Under the pieces are notes generated by a model, which was given only the letters and a program-made list of their open reading frames with translations, made no database searches and was not told the origin of the DNA. From sequence record SRR2962707_1122: a DNA stretch of 64,000 nucleotides; one strand, 5' to 3'. Within the stretch, counting starts at the first letter, position 1. Every line of letters begins with the position of its first letter. Below are positions 10,444 through 20,360 of this stretch, piece after piece. A program made the position numbers and the translations under genes.

Positions 10444-11949
10444 ATGAAAATGGATCACGCTACTGTATTGAAAAATCTTGGCTTTACCGACGCAGAATTG
10501 ACGGGTGGTACACTCAAGGTGACGTCACCTATTGATGCCGTCGAAGTTGCTCAACTGGTTGAAACGCCAGCGGCAGACATGCCCGCAATCATCGCTAAGT
10601 CACAAGATGCGTTCAAAGAATGGCGCAAACTGCCGGCACCACGCCGCGGTGAATTGGTGCGCCTGTTAGGCGAAGAATTGCGCGACGCAAAAGATGCACT
10701 TGGTGCACTTGTCACACTTGAGGCAGGTAAAATCACGTCCGAGGGTTTGGGCGAAGTGCAAGAGATGATCGACATCTGTGACTTCGCAGTGGGTCAGTCT
10801 CGCCAGCTTTACGGTCTCACGATTGCGTCTGAACGCCCTGGTCACAAAATGACCGAGACATGGCACCCGATGGGGCCGGTTGGCGTAATTTCTGCGTTTA
10901 ACTTCCCCGTTGCGGTTTGGTGCTGGAACACGGCCCTCGCGCTGGTGTGTGGTGATCCCGTGATCTGGAAACCCTCTGAGAAAACGCCTCTGACAGCCAT
11001 GGCGTGCCAGAAAATCTTTGAACGTGCGGTTGCCCGCTTCGGCGATGATGCGCCGGATGATTTGTTGCAACTGGTTATCGGTGGGGCCGATGTTGGGGCC
11101 GCGCTTGTGGACTCCAAGGATGTGCCTGTTTTGTCAGCCACAGGATCAACCCGCATGGGGTCTATTGTTGGCCCAAAAGTCGCCGCCCGTTGGGGACGTG
11201 CGATCCTTGAGCTGGGCGGCAACAACGCAATGATCGTGGCTCCATCCGCCGATCTGGATATGGCCGTGCGCGGGATCGTGTTTTCCGCCGTTGGCACCGC
11301 AGGACAGCGGTGCACAACTTTGCGCCGCTTGATCGTGCACAAATCGATCAAGGCAGATTTGGTCGAAAAACTCAAAGCCGCCTATGCCAGCCTGCCGGTT
11401 GGTGACCCGCGCAAAGACGGCACATTGATCGGCCCCTTGGTGGACCAAGGCGCACTTGCATCGATGCAAGCTGCATTGAAAGCCGCAGCAGCCGAAGGTG
11501 GTGTCGTGCACGGCGGCGCGCCTGTCACTGACGGCGTACCAGCAGGGGCATATGCGGCACCCGCACTCGTTGAAATGCCGGGTCAGACGGACACCGTGAA
11601 AACCGAAACCTTCGTGCCGATCCTGTACGTGATGGAATACGATACATTGGACGAGGCGATCCACATCCAGAACGATGTGCCACAAGGTCTTTCCTCCTGT
11701 ATTTTCACTCTGAATGTGCGTGAAGCGGAAACATTCCTGTCTGCTGTCGGCTCTGATTGCGGCATTGCAAACGTTAACATCGGCCCATCGGGTGCGGAAA
11801 TCGGCGGTGCATTCGGCGGCGAAAAAGAAACCGGTGGCGGACGTGAAAGCGGATCAGATGCGTGGAAAGGCTACATGCGTCGCCAAACATCAACCGTAAA
11901 CTACTCAGCCGAGTTGCCATTGGCGCAAGGCGTGTCTTTCGACATCTAA
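10444..11949 (+). CDS. amaB: ALDH7-type 2-aminoadipate-semialdehyde / piperideine-6-carboxylate dehydrogenase
   Basis: EGLGEVQEMIDICDFAVG, ISAFNFPVAVW, LELGGNNA, GTAGQRCT, SGAEIGGAFGGEKETGGGRESGSD. Confidence 0.9.
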   Translation: MKMDHATVLKNLGFTDAELTGGTLKVTSPIDAVEVAQLVETPAADMPAIIAKSQDAFKEWRKLPAPRRGELVRLLGEELRDAKDALGALVTLEAGKITSEGLGEVQEMIDICDFAVGQSRQLYGLTIASERPGHKMTETWHPMGPVGVISAFNFPVAVWCWNTALALVCGDPVIWKPSEKTPLTAMACQKIFERAVARFGDDAPDDLLQLVIGGADVGAALVDSKDVPVLSATGSTRMGSIVGPKVAARWGRAILELGGNNAMIVAPSADLDMAVRGIVFSAVGTAGQRCTTLRRLIVHKSIKADLVEKLKAAYASLPVGDPRKDGTLIGPLVDQGALASMQAALKAAAAEGGVVHGGAPVTDGVPAGAYAAPALVEMPGQTDTVKTETFVPILYVMEYDTLDEAIHIQNDVPQGLSSCIFTLNVREAETFLSAVGSDCGIANVNIGPSGAEIGGAFGGEKETGGGRESGSDAWKGYMRRQTSTVNYSAELPLAQGVSFDI

Positions 11950-11963
11950 TGGACTGTGAAACG

Positions 11964-13334
11964 ATGAAATACTTTTACACCAAGGACGAAATCAGATCGC
12001 TGTTTTCACAAGAAATGTCGGACATGTATCGCACAGAGGTGCCTCAATATGGCACGCTCATCGATCTGGTCCGTGATGTGAATGCACAAACACTCGCAGC
12101 TGATCCCGCGCTTCATGCTCGGCTTGAAGCTGCGGGTGAGCTGGACCGGTTGGATGTCGAACGCCACGGCGCCATCCGTCTTGGCACGGCAGAGGAACTT
12201 AGCATTGTGCGCCGTATGTTTGCGGTGATGGGCATGTTCCCTGTCGGCTACTACGATCTTTCTGTGGCAGGCATTCCGGTGCATTCTACCGCATTCCGCC
12301 CCGTCGACGATACTGCTCTAAAGAAAAACCCGTTCCGCGTTTTCACGTCGCTTTTGCGGCTTGATTTGGTCGAGGATCGTGAACTGGCGGCGAAAGCTGA
12401 GCATATTCTATCCTTACGGTCCATTGTAACGGACGAGGCCAAGGCTTTGATAGAACTGGCCGAAACACAGGGCGGGTTGAGCGAAGGCCAATCGCACAAG
12501 TTTGTGCGTGAAGCTCTGGAAACATTCCGGTGGCATTCTGAGGCGACAGTGTGCACCAACACTTATGGGGCCTTGGTTGACGCGCACCGTTTGATCGCAG
12601 ATGTTGTCAGCTTTAAGGGGCCGCACATCAACCACCTGACCCCACGCACCTTGAATATTGATGAGGTGCAGGCGCAAATGCCAGCCCGTGGCATCACGCC
12701 CAAGGCCGTCATCGAAGGTCCGCCGCGCCGCAAAGCCGACATTCTATTGCGCCAGACGTCTTTTAAGGCGCTGGAAGAAGATGTGATCTTTCAAGGAAGC
12801 AAAGGGCATCACACCGCGCGATTTGGTGAAATCGAACAGCGCGGCGTTGCTCTGACGCCCGCTGGTCGGGCGCTCTATGACACTACGTTGACGTCTGCGA
12901 GAGCCGCAGCAAGCCAGTCTGACACGGACGGCTATGAGGCGGTGCTTGCAGCCGCGTTCGAGACCTTCCCAGATGATCTGGATCGCTTGCGCCGTGAAGA
13001 CCTCGCGTTCTTCCAGTACCGCGTGACAGGCACGGCCAGATATAAGGCTGAAACTGTCAACGACCTTGTTGCGGCGGGTGCTTTGGCGGCTGATCCACAA
13101 GTTTATGAGGATTTCTTGCCTGTGTCTGCGGCTGGTATTTTCCAATCAAATTTGGGGGCGGAAGATCAGTCAAACTACAGCGCCAATGCAAACCAAGATG
13201 CATTCGAGGCAGCCTTGGGGGCGACGGTGATCGACGAAATGGCGCTCTATGCCCAGATTCAGGAAACAAGCCTTAAGGCAGCCCTTGCAGCCCTTGGGCA
13301 AGACCACCTGATCCACAAACGGCAGGCGGCATAA
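11964..13334 (+). CDS. hglS: 2-oxoadipate dioxygenase/decarboxylase (YdcJ/DUF1338)
   Basis: MSDMYRTEVPQY, ERHGAIRLG, PVHSTAFRP, GPHINHLTPR, LLRQTSF, HTARFGEIEQRG, YEDFLPVSAAGIFQSNL. Confidence 0.92.
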   Translation: MKYFYTKDEIRSLFSQEMSDMYRTEVPQYGTLIDLVRDVNAQTLAADPALHARLEAAGELDRLDVERHGAIRLGTAEELSIVRRMFAVMGMFPVGYYDLSVAGIPVHSTAFRPVDDTALKKNPFRVFTSLLRLDLVEDRELAAKAEHILSLRSIVTDEAKALIELAETQGGLSEGQSHKFVREALETFRWHSEATVCTNTYGALVDAHRLIADVVSFKGPHINHLTPRTLNIDEVQAQMPARGITPKAVIEGPPRRKADILLRQTSFKALEEDVIFQGSKGHHTARFGEIEQRGVALTPAGRALYDTTLTSARAAASQSDTDGYEAVLAAAFETFPDDLDRLRREDLAFFQYRVTGTARYKAETVNDLVAAGALAADPQVYEDFLPVSAAGIFQSNLGAEDQSNYSANANQDAFEAALGATVIDEMALYAQIQETSLKAALAALGQDHLIHKRQAA

Positions 13335-16129
13335 TGCCAGACGGGGGTGGGGCCCAAGACGCGGTTGCCCGGTTCGCCGCATCGCTGACCGCCCTTGGCT
13401 TTACCGGTGACATCGCCCGCGACCCCGGAACGCGGGCGGTGTATTCGACCGACAATTCGGTTTATGAACTGCCCCCTTTGGCCGTGGTCTTTCCTCGCGA
13501 ACCGGATGACCTGAACCGGATCGTCACAGCAGCCTCGACCTGCGGCGTGGCGATTACGGCGCGCGGTGGTGGGACGGGCACCAATGGGCAATCCTTGACC
13601 GACAAAGTCTGCGTCGATTGCAGCCGCTACCTGACTAAGATCGAGGAGCTCAACCCAAAGGACGGCTATGCGATCGTGCAGCCCGGCGTGATCTTGGATC
13701 AGCTGAACCGCGCCGCTGCGGTGCATGGGATGTTTTTTGCACCCACCGTGTCGACGGCATCCCGTGCAACACTGGGGGGGATGGCCGCGACGGATGCCTC
13801 AGGTAAGGGCTCGCGTGTTTACGGGCGCATGTCCGATCATGTGCTGGAAATGGATGTGGTCCGGGTGGATGGCAGCGGATTTAACACCTCGGGCGCTGGG
13901 GATCTTGGCGCGGAAATACAGGCACTGTTGCAGCCCGAAGTGGATGAAATCGCACGGATTTTTCCGGTTATGAACCGTGGTTTGAACGGCTATAATCTGC
14001 AAGAAACGCTGCAATCCCAAAGCCTTGTTAAACTTCTGTGCGGGTCCGAAGGCACGCTTGCGTTGACCAAACGCCTTAAACTGCGCTTGCTGCCTAAACC
14101 TGGATGCCGGGCCTTGGCGGTGTTTGCCTATGGCGACATGATGGTCGCCCTGCGGGACGTGCAGCGCTTGGTCCAAGCCGAACCCGTAGCGATTGAATTT
14201 ATCGACGACAAAATCCTGTCATTGGCGCAACAAGATCCCGTCTGGGGCAGCATTTCCAACGTGCTGGGCGATGTGGGCGCCCCTGTCCAAGGGTTGAACT
14301 TCATCGAAGTAATTGGCGCCACCAAGGCAGAGGTCGACGCCGGTTTGGCACGGCTGGAACAGCTTGGCGGCGCACCAGCCGAATTGATCAACGCCCAAGC
14401 GGTGACCGACCCCGCAATCATCGCCGAGCTTTGGCAGCTCAGGTCAAAATGCGTTGGGCTATTGGGCCGGATGGACCCAACCCGCCAAGGCACCCCCTTT
14501 GTCGAAGACGCAGCGGTCCCGGCCGAACGGCTTGCGGATTTCGTGACAGAGTTTCGCGCCGTCTTGGACAAGGAAGGCCTGCAATATGGCATGTTCGGCC
14601 ACGCGGATGTCGGCTGTGTGCATGTGCGACCTGCGCTGGATATGCGGCGGCCCGATGATGCGGCGATGATCCGGCGGGTGTCTGATCAGGTGAATGCCTT
14701 GGCGCGATCTCATGGGGGACTAATTTGGGGTGAACACGGCAAAGGGTTTCGCGGCGAATACGGCCCCAAGCTGTTCGGCCCGCGTCTTTATGCCGTCATG
14801 TGCCAGATCAAGGCGATGTTTGACCCGGACGGTTTGCTCAACCCCGGCAAAATCGCGATGCCGGACACGGATCACCTGCTGACGCCGCTCGACGCCGTCC
14901 CGTTTCGAGGACCGTTGGATGCGGGTATTTCTGTGGACCTCAGCCGCACCTACGAAGCCGCGATCAAGTGCAACGGCAACGGCCAATGTATGGGCCAAGA
15001 TTTCGACGACGCCATGTGCCCGTCCTACAAAGCGACCGGCGACCGAACCCGCAGCCCCAAGGGGCGCGCCGCGATGCTGCGGCAATGGTCTAGGATGCAA
15101 TCCCAAGGTGCCGCCGCCCAAGATCTGCCCGCTCTCGAGGCCGCGTTGCACGACAGTCTTTCCGATTGTCTGGGCTGCAAAGCCTGCGCGTCCCAATGCC
15201 CGGTGAAGGTCGGTATCCCGAAAATGCGCAGCCGGTTCTACGCCAGCTACTACGCGCGCCACCGCAGGCCATTGGCCCACCGCTTGCTAACCCTGCTAGA
15301 ACCCATCAGCCCGGCCCTGCGCGCCATGCCGTACCTGTCGAATACGGCGAAGAGCCTGACCGCCCCTGCTTTGCGGCTGGTCGGCTTGGTGGACCTGCCC
15401 CCCATACACCCCATGCGCAAACCATCCGCCCCCGCGGCCAAGGTGGTTTTGGTCGCAGACAGCTTTCTGGGCACGTTTGATGGCGGCGTTCTGGACGCGG
15501 CCGCCGATGTTCTTGCCCAGTTGGGCCACGACGTCTCCGTGTCAGCGCCTGTGGCCACAGGCAAGCCCGCCCATGTAATCGGCGCAGTAACCGCGTTTGA
15601 AAAAACCGCTACGAAAACCCTGCGATCCCTGTCCGATTTGGCTGAGAGTGGCGCGCAGTTGATCGCGATTGAGCCTTCCTTTTTGTCTATGTTTACGAAT
15701 GAGTATGCTGATTTGGGGCTGGAGGTTCCGTCCGTTACCTCGCTTGATCAATTTCTGTACGACACTTTAGGCGAAGACACCGCTTCGGCGGAGGATAAGG
15801 TGTTCACGCTTTTCACCCATTGCACCGAAACCGCAGCCGATCCAAAGACCGGCGCGCGATGGAGTGTTATTTTTCAACGTCTTGGGGCGCGGATTGAAAC
15901 GACGCGGACGGGGTGCTGCGGCATGGCGGGGACATTCGGGCACGAAGCCGCAAAAGTAGAGATGTCCAAGACGCTTTTCGATCTGTCATGGAAGGATAAG
16001 GTCGATGCCGCTGATGGGCCTATTTTGGCCACAGGATTCTCCTGCCGCTGTCAGGTGAAACGCTTTTCAGCAAAGCGTGCGGTGCATCCAATCGAGGCAC
16101 TGCGCGAAATTCTTATCTCACGCAGCTGA
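13334..16129 (+). CDS. ydiJ: FAD-binding and 4Fe-4S oxidoreductase, YdiJ-like D-2-hydroxyglutarate dehydrogenase
   Basis: RGGGTGTNGQSL, TDASGKGS, GEHGKG, CNGNGQC, CLGCKACASQCP, GCCGMAG, ATGFSCRCQ; TAATG coupling to hglS. Confidence 0.85.
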   Translation: MPDGGGAQDAVARFAASLTALGFTGDIARDPGTRAVYSTDNSVYELPPLAVVFPREPDDLNRIVTAASTCGVAITARGGGTGTNGQSLTDKVCVDCSRYLTKIEELNPKDGYAIVQPGVILDQLNRAAAVHGMFFAPTVSTASRATLGGMAATDASGKGSRVYGRMSDHVLEMDVVRVDGSGFNTSGAGDLGAEIQALLQPEVDEIARIFPVMNRGLNGYNLQETLQSQSLVKLLCGSEGTLALTKRLKLRLLPKPGCRALAVFAYGDMMVALRDVQRLVQAEPVAIEFIDDKILSLAQQDPVWGSISNVLGDVGAPVQGLNFIEVIGATKAEVDAGLARLEQLGGAPAELINAQAVTDPAIIAELWQLRSKCVGLLGRMDPTRQGTPFVEDAAVPAERLADFVTEFRAVLDKEGLQYGMFGHADVGCVHVRPALDMRRPDDAAMIRRVSDQVNALARSHGGLIWGEHGKGFRGEYGPKLFGPRLYAVMCQIKAMFDPDGLLNPGKIAMPDTDHLLTPLDAVPFRGPLDAGISVDLSRTYEAAIKCNGNGQCMGQDFDDAMCPSYKATGDRTRSPKGRAAMLRQWSRMQSQGAAAQDLPALEAALHDSLSDCLGCKACASQCPVKVGIPKMRSRFYASYYARHRRPLAHRLLTLLEPISPALRAMPYLSNTAKSLTAPALRLVGLVDLPPIHPMRKPSAPAAKVVLVADSFLGTFDGGVLDAAADVLAQLGHDVSVSAPVATGKPAHVIGAVTAFEKTATKTLRSLSDLAESGAQLIAIEPSFLSMFTNEYADLGLEVPSVTSLDQFLYDTLGEDTASAEDKVFTLFTHCTETAADPKTGARWSVIFQRLGARIETTRTGCCGMAGTFGHEAAKVEMSKTLFDLSWKDKVDAADGPILATGFSCRCQVKRFSAKRAVHPIEALREILISRS

Positions 16130-16831
16130 CCCACTTGCGGCCATCATCATATTGGCCGCATCCAACAGATGGAAGACAGGGCGTCCCGTGGCCATGCGTA
16201 TCGCATCGGCATAGGGCGGCAGATTTCCGCATTCGAGCAAAATGGCCCCGACATCGGGCGCCCTTTGGGTCAACTCAATCGCCTGCGCAACGACGGCTTG
16301 CTCCATCAGATCTGTGTCAAATTCCAGAACTTGTTGGTCGCGAGTCGCGAGAAAGGCGCTTGCGAAAACCGGAGCATCTTCCATCCCTTGAATGACAACG
16401 TCATCAGGGGTGATCTGCGCCGCCTCAAGCGCCATCGCACCAAGTGCTGAACAGGACGCGGTGAGAATACCCACCCGCCCAGACGTCATTGCACGCACAC
16501 TTGGCAGCATCGAAAGCGCGGACAAGATCACTGGAATTTTCACCTGTGACGCGATACGCGATTGCGCCGTAATCAAGAAGCCGCAGGTCGAAACGATTGC
16601 TTGTGCGCCATTGTCCTCAAGACTGCGAGCGGCAGCGTCAAACGCGCGCAGAATAGCTTCGTCTGGCAGACCGTCTTTGACGATTTTTGTCGCATCGGCC
16701 CCATCGACCACTTTGACCTTGGCTGCAAATGGATAACTGTCAGGGTTGCCGACGTCGCCCAAAACGCGTGGAAACTGCGTGTCCAGAGATAGGATGCCAA
16801 GATGGGGATGGTTCATTTTTTCTGATGTCAT
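16118..16831 (-). CDS. Aspartate/glutamate racemase family protein
   Basis: LGILSLDTQFPRVLGDVGN; two catalytic-type Cys in STCGF and LECGNLPP; start 16831 or 16816. Confidence 0.8.
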   Translation of the reverse strand: MTSEKMNHPHLGILSLDTQFPRVLGDVGNPDSYPFAAKVKVVDGADATKIVKDGLPDEAILRAFDAAARSLEDNGAQAIVSTCGFLITAQSRIASQVKIPVILSALSMLPSVRAMTSGRVGILTASCSALGAMALEAAQITPDDVVIQGMEDAPVFASAFLATRDQQVLEFDTDLMEQAVVAQAIELTQRAPDVGAILLECGNLPPYADAIRMATGRPVFHLLDAANMMMAASGSAA

Positions 16832-17049
16832 CAGGAATTTCCATGGGTCAAGTCGTATCGGTTCCGTTCGCAAGCAACAGAGTGATGGGGGCGGGATGAA
16901 CACTCAAGTCGGTATTGCAGTCAGATTGCCTGACACACTCGTCAAAATGACGAAATAGAGGAAAATCCCGTCAGTCGCGGGCTTGGCCAGTACATGTTTT
17001 TTGCGCGACCCTGATGACAGACAAAAACCAAACTCTCAGGGAAGCTATC

Positions 17050-18015
17050 ATGAAGAACATTCTATCATATACTGCTGTTGCATCGATGTCCTTGGCTGGG
17101 GCTGCGGCTCAAGCTGAAACATGGGATTTGGCGCTCGCCTATTCCGCCACCAACTACCATTCTGAAATCGCGGCAGAATTTGCCGCTGAAGTTACTGCAA
17201 ATACCGATCTGGATGTTGTCACTCACCCAGGCGGATCGCTGTTTTCTGGGTCAGAAATTTATGGCGCCGTACGTCGCGGTCTTGCCCCAATGGGCGAACG
17301 TTTGATTTCTGCGCTTTCCAACGAAAATCCTGTTTTCGAAGTCGACTCTGTTCCTTTCTTGGCGACTGGTTTTGAAGGTGCTGCGAAGCTTTATGAAGCG
17401 TCTAAGCCGGCCTTGGAAGCAACGCTGGAAGAAGATGGACTGGTGTTCTTGTACTCTTGCCCATGGCCACCACAAGGGTTCTACTCAGTTGCGGAAGCCA
17501 CAGATCTTGCTGCGATCTCTGGTCAGAAATTCCGTGCTTACAACGCGACGACGTCTCGTATGGCCGAAGGCCTTGGCATGGTTCCGACCACCATTGAAGC
17601 TTCAGAGCTGAGCCAAGCTTTCGCGACAGGTGTTGCACAGGCGATGATCTCATCTGGTTCTACCGGATATGACCGCAAATTGTGGGAACACGTTGATTAC
17701 TACTACGACGTACAAGCTTGGTTGCCGCGCAATATGGTTATTGTGAATGGAAAAGCTTGGGCGGGTCTCAATGAAGCCACGCAAACTGCCATTCACTCAG
17801 CTGCCGCGACTGCGGAAACAGCATGTTGGGCCAAAGCTGAAGAGCTTGCCGTTTGGTACGTAGAACAGTTCTCTGAAAATGGCATGACTGTCGGCACGCT
17901 TGATGGCGAAGTTCTTGAAGGCTTCAAATCAGTTGGTGCTGAGTTGCGTGCCGATTGGGAAGAACGTGCGGGTGACGCAGGTGCTGCCATCATCAAGGCG
18001 TTTGAAGCTGAGTAA
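17050..18015 (+). CDS. dctP: TRAP transporter substrate-binding protein
   Basis: Signal peptide, HPGGSLF, WPPQG, KFRAYN. Confidence 0.9.
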   Translation: MKNILSYTAVASMSLAGAAAQAETWDLALAYSATNYHSEIAAEFAAEVTANTDLDVVTHPGGSLFSGSEIYGAVRRGLAPMGERLISALSNENPVFEVDSVPFLATGFEGAAKLYEASKPALEATLEEDGLVFLYSCPWPPQGFYSVAEATDLAAISGQKFRAYNATTSRMAEGLGMVPTTIEASELSQAFATGVAQAMISSGSTGYDRKLWEHVDYYYDVQAWLPRNMVIVNGKAWAGLNEATQTAIHSAAATAETACWAKAEELAVWYVEQFSENGMTVGTLDGEVLEGFKSVGAELRADWEERAGDAGAAIIKAFEAE

Positions 18016-18020
18016 ACTTC

Positions 18021-18041
18021 AATAGGCGTAGACGCCTTATT
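18021..18041 (+). terminator. Stem-loop after dctP (mRNA stabiliser or attenuator)
   Basis: AATAGGCGT-AG-ACGCCTTATT near-perfect inverted repeat just after the stop. Confidence 0.45.
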
Positions 18042-18109
18042 GGAACCTATCTCTGGCATGGTGAAAGCTGTGCCAGCTTTCTCACCCCGTTTCCCACAAA
18101 GAGGTCCCC

Positions 18110-18640
18110 ATGTGGCGTTCTGTTTCATCAGCCTTAAATAGGCTCTATGTCATTGCCGGAATTTGTTCGGGCCTTCTACTTGTCGGGCTCTGTTGCATGA
18201 TCCTGTACAGCGTCGTTGGGCGGCTCTTGAGCGTTCACTTGGGCGGCGTCAATGATCTTGCGGGCTATGTCATGGCCACCAGTACTTTCCTTGCCCTGTC
18301 TTATACGTTTCATACCAACGGCCACATTCGCGTGGCGTTGCTTTTGAGCCGCGCGACGGGGAAACTGCGTCGTGCACTTGAAACCTTGTGTTTGGTCATC
18401 ATGACGGCGGTGATTTGGTATTTCGCGTTCTACATGTGCCGGCTTGTCTGGTTTAGCTACGATTTCCAAGAACGCAGCGAAGGCGCGGACGCGATTTTGT
18501 TGTGGATCCCGCAGACACCTGTCGCCATTGGAGCCGTTCTTTTTGCCATTTCTGTTGTGCATTTGTTGGTCGAAACTTTGTTCGAATACGATCGCGTCAA
18601 TCCAGAAACCAACGCTTCAGAAGGGGTGAATGAAGTATGA
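18110..18640 (+). CDS. dctQ: TRAP small permease
   Basis: Four TM segments, GHIRVALL. Confidence 0.9.
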   Translation: MWRSVSSALNRLYVIAGICSGLLLVGLCCMILYSVVGRLLSVHLGGVNDLAGYVMATSTFLALSYTFHTNGHIRVALLLSRATGKLRRALETLCLVIMTAVIWYFAFYMCRLVWFSYDFQERSEGADAILLWIPQTPVAIGAVLFAISVVHLLVETLFEYDRVNPETNASEGVNEV

Positions 18641-19935
18641 CCGAGACACTCGCAATCCTGATCTTTGTCGGATCTCTTTTCTCATTGCTCGCTTTGGGCG
18701 TTTGGGTTGGTGCTGCATTGCTCACCACCGCGGCCATTGGTCTAGCCCTTTTCACGTCGCGGCCTATTGGCGATTCCATGGCTCTGACAATCTGGGGCGA
18801 ACAATCGTCATGGACACTGACCGCCTTGCCGCTGTTCATCTGGATGGGTGAAATCCTGTTTCGAACGAAATTATCAGAAACGCTGTTTCGTGGCCTTGCT
18901 CCGTTTATGCGCAAACTCCCCGGTGGTTTGTTGCACGTGAATATTGGTGCATCTGCGATTTTTGCTGCGATTTCAGGTTCATCCGCCGCAACTGTGGCGA
19001 CCGTTGGCAAAATGTCGATCCCGGAATTGCGCCGTCGTAACTACCCAGAACATATGATCATCGGGACGCTGTCGGGGGCTGGCACATTGGGCCTATTGAT
19101 CCCGCCGTCCATTGCGATGATCGTCTTTGGTGTCACCGTAAATGAAAGCATCTCGAAGCTGTTCATGGCGGCGATGATCCCAGGGATCGTTTTGGCGCTT
19201 TGCTTCATGCTGTACGTGATTGTTTGGTCGCTCGTAAACAAGGGCACGTTCAACCCGATTGTGGATGTAGATGTCTCAGGTATGGGGCGCCGCTTGCTTG
19301 ATCTGTTGCCTGTCGTCTGTCTGATCATTGCCGTCATCGGCTCGATCTACACAGGGGTCGCTACAGCAACCGAAGCTTCCGCGCTGGGCGTTTTGGGGGC
19401 GATTGTATTGTCCGCTGTTCAACGCACCTTGTCGATTGAAACGCTCAAAGAAAGCATCATGGGGTCGGTCCGCACGACCGCGATGATCATGATGATCCTG
19501 ATGGGCGCAGGGTTCCTGTCGCTTGCCATGGGCTTTACCGGAATTCCGCGCGCTTTGGCAGAAGGCATCGAAGCATGGGAACTTTCCCCCGTGATGCTCA
19601 TCGTTATTCTGACGCTTTTTTACATCGTTTTGGGCTGTTTTCTTGATGGGCTGAGCTCGATTGTTCTGACAATGGCGGTCATCGAACCAATGGTCCGTGC
19701 GGCAGGGTTTGATATGCTTTGGTTTGGCGTTTACGTGATGATCGTAGTGGAAATGGCGCAAATCACGCCTCCCATCGGGTTCAACCTCTTTGTCCTGCAA
19801 GGCATGACAGGGCGCGACATGGGCTTTATTGGCCGCGCATCATTCCCGATGTTTCTCGTCATGGCGGCCTTCATCGTTTTGTTGTTCCTCTTCCCCGGAA
19901 TGGCAACATGGTTGCCTGAAGCCCTGAGCAAATAG
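18637..19935 (+). CDS. dctM: TRAP large permease
   Basis: ALPLFIWMG, SGSSAAT, GTLGLLIPPS, ITPPIGFNLF. Confidence 0.93.
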   Translation: MTETLAILIFVGSLFSLLALGVWVGAALLTTAAIGLALFTSRPIGDSMALTIWGEQSSWTLTALPLFIWMGEILFRTKLSETLFRGLAPFMRKLPGGLLHVNIGASAIFAAISGSSAATVATVGKMSIPELRRRNYPEHMIIGTLSGAGTLGLLIPPSIAMIVFGVTVNESISKLFMAAMIPGIVLALCFMLYVIVWSLVNKGTFNPIVDVDVSGMGRRLLDLLPVVCLIIAVIGSIYTGVATATEASALGVLGAIVLSAVQRTLSIETLKESIMGSVRTTAMIMMILMGAGFLSLAMGFTGIPRALAEGIEAWELSPVMLIVILTLFYIVLGCFLDGLSSIVLTMAVIEPMVRAAGFDMLWFGVYVMIVVEMAQITPPIGFNLFVLQGMTGRDMGFIGRASFPMFLVMAAFIVLLFLFPGMATWLPEALSK

Positions 19936-19946
19936 GAGTATAAGGC

Positions 19947-20360
19947 ATGCCTGATACGATCATCATTCTTGTCGATATCGCTAATCCAAAGTCTGCTGCG
20001 GCCCTCATGGCAAAGGCGAAAGCCCGCTATGAAGGGCAGGCTTTGCACGTGGCCTATGTGATGCCCTACGGGTTTTACAGCTACGTCGAGCCATTCGTGT
20101 CCAAAGAAAGTCAAGACAGTGCGGCAGAGCGAGCCCACACGGAACTCAAGCAACTGATAACACAAACGGGCCTCGAAGGTGCACAGCGACATGTCCTGCG
20201 CGGAGGCATTGGGGATCAAATTCTGGAATTGGCCAAGGCAACGAAAGCAGAGATCCTTGTGCTAAATGCCGTGCGTTCAAACAGCCACTTGAGCACACTC
20301 GGCACGCACGCCGCCCAAATCGTGCGGCATGCCCCATGCGATGTTCATGTGATACGTTAG
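19947..20360 (+). CDS. Universal stress protein (TRAP-associated, TeaD-like position)
   Basis: Usp fold with C-terminal LGTHAAQIVRHAPCDVHVIR. Confidence 0.88.
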   Translation: MPDTIIILVDIANPKSAAALMAKAKARYEGQALHVAYVMPYGFYSYVEPFVSKESQDSAAERAHTELKQLITQTGLEGAQRHVLRGGIGDQILELAKATKAEILVLNAVRSNSHLSTLGTHAAQIVRHAPCDVHVIR

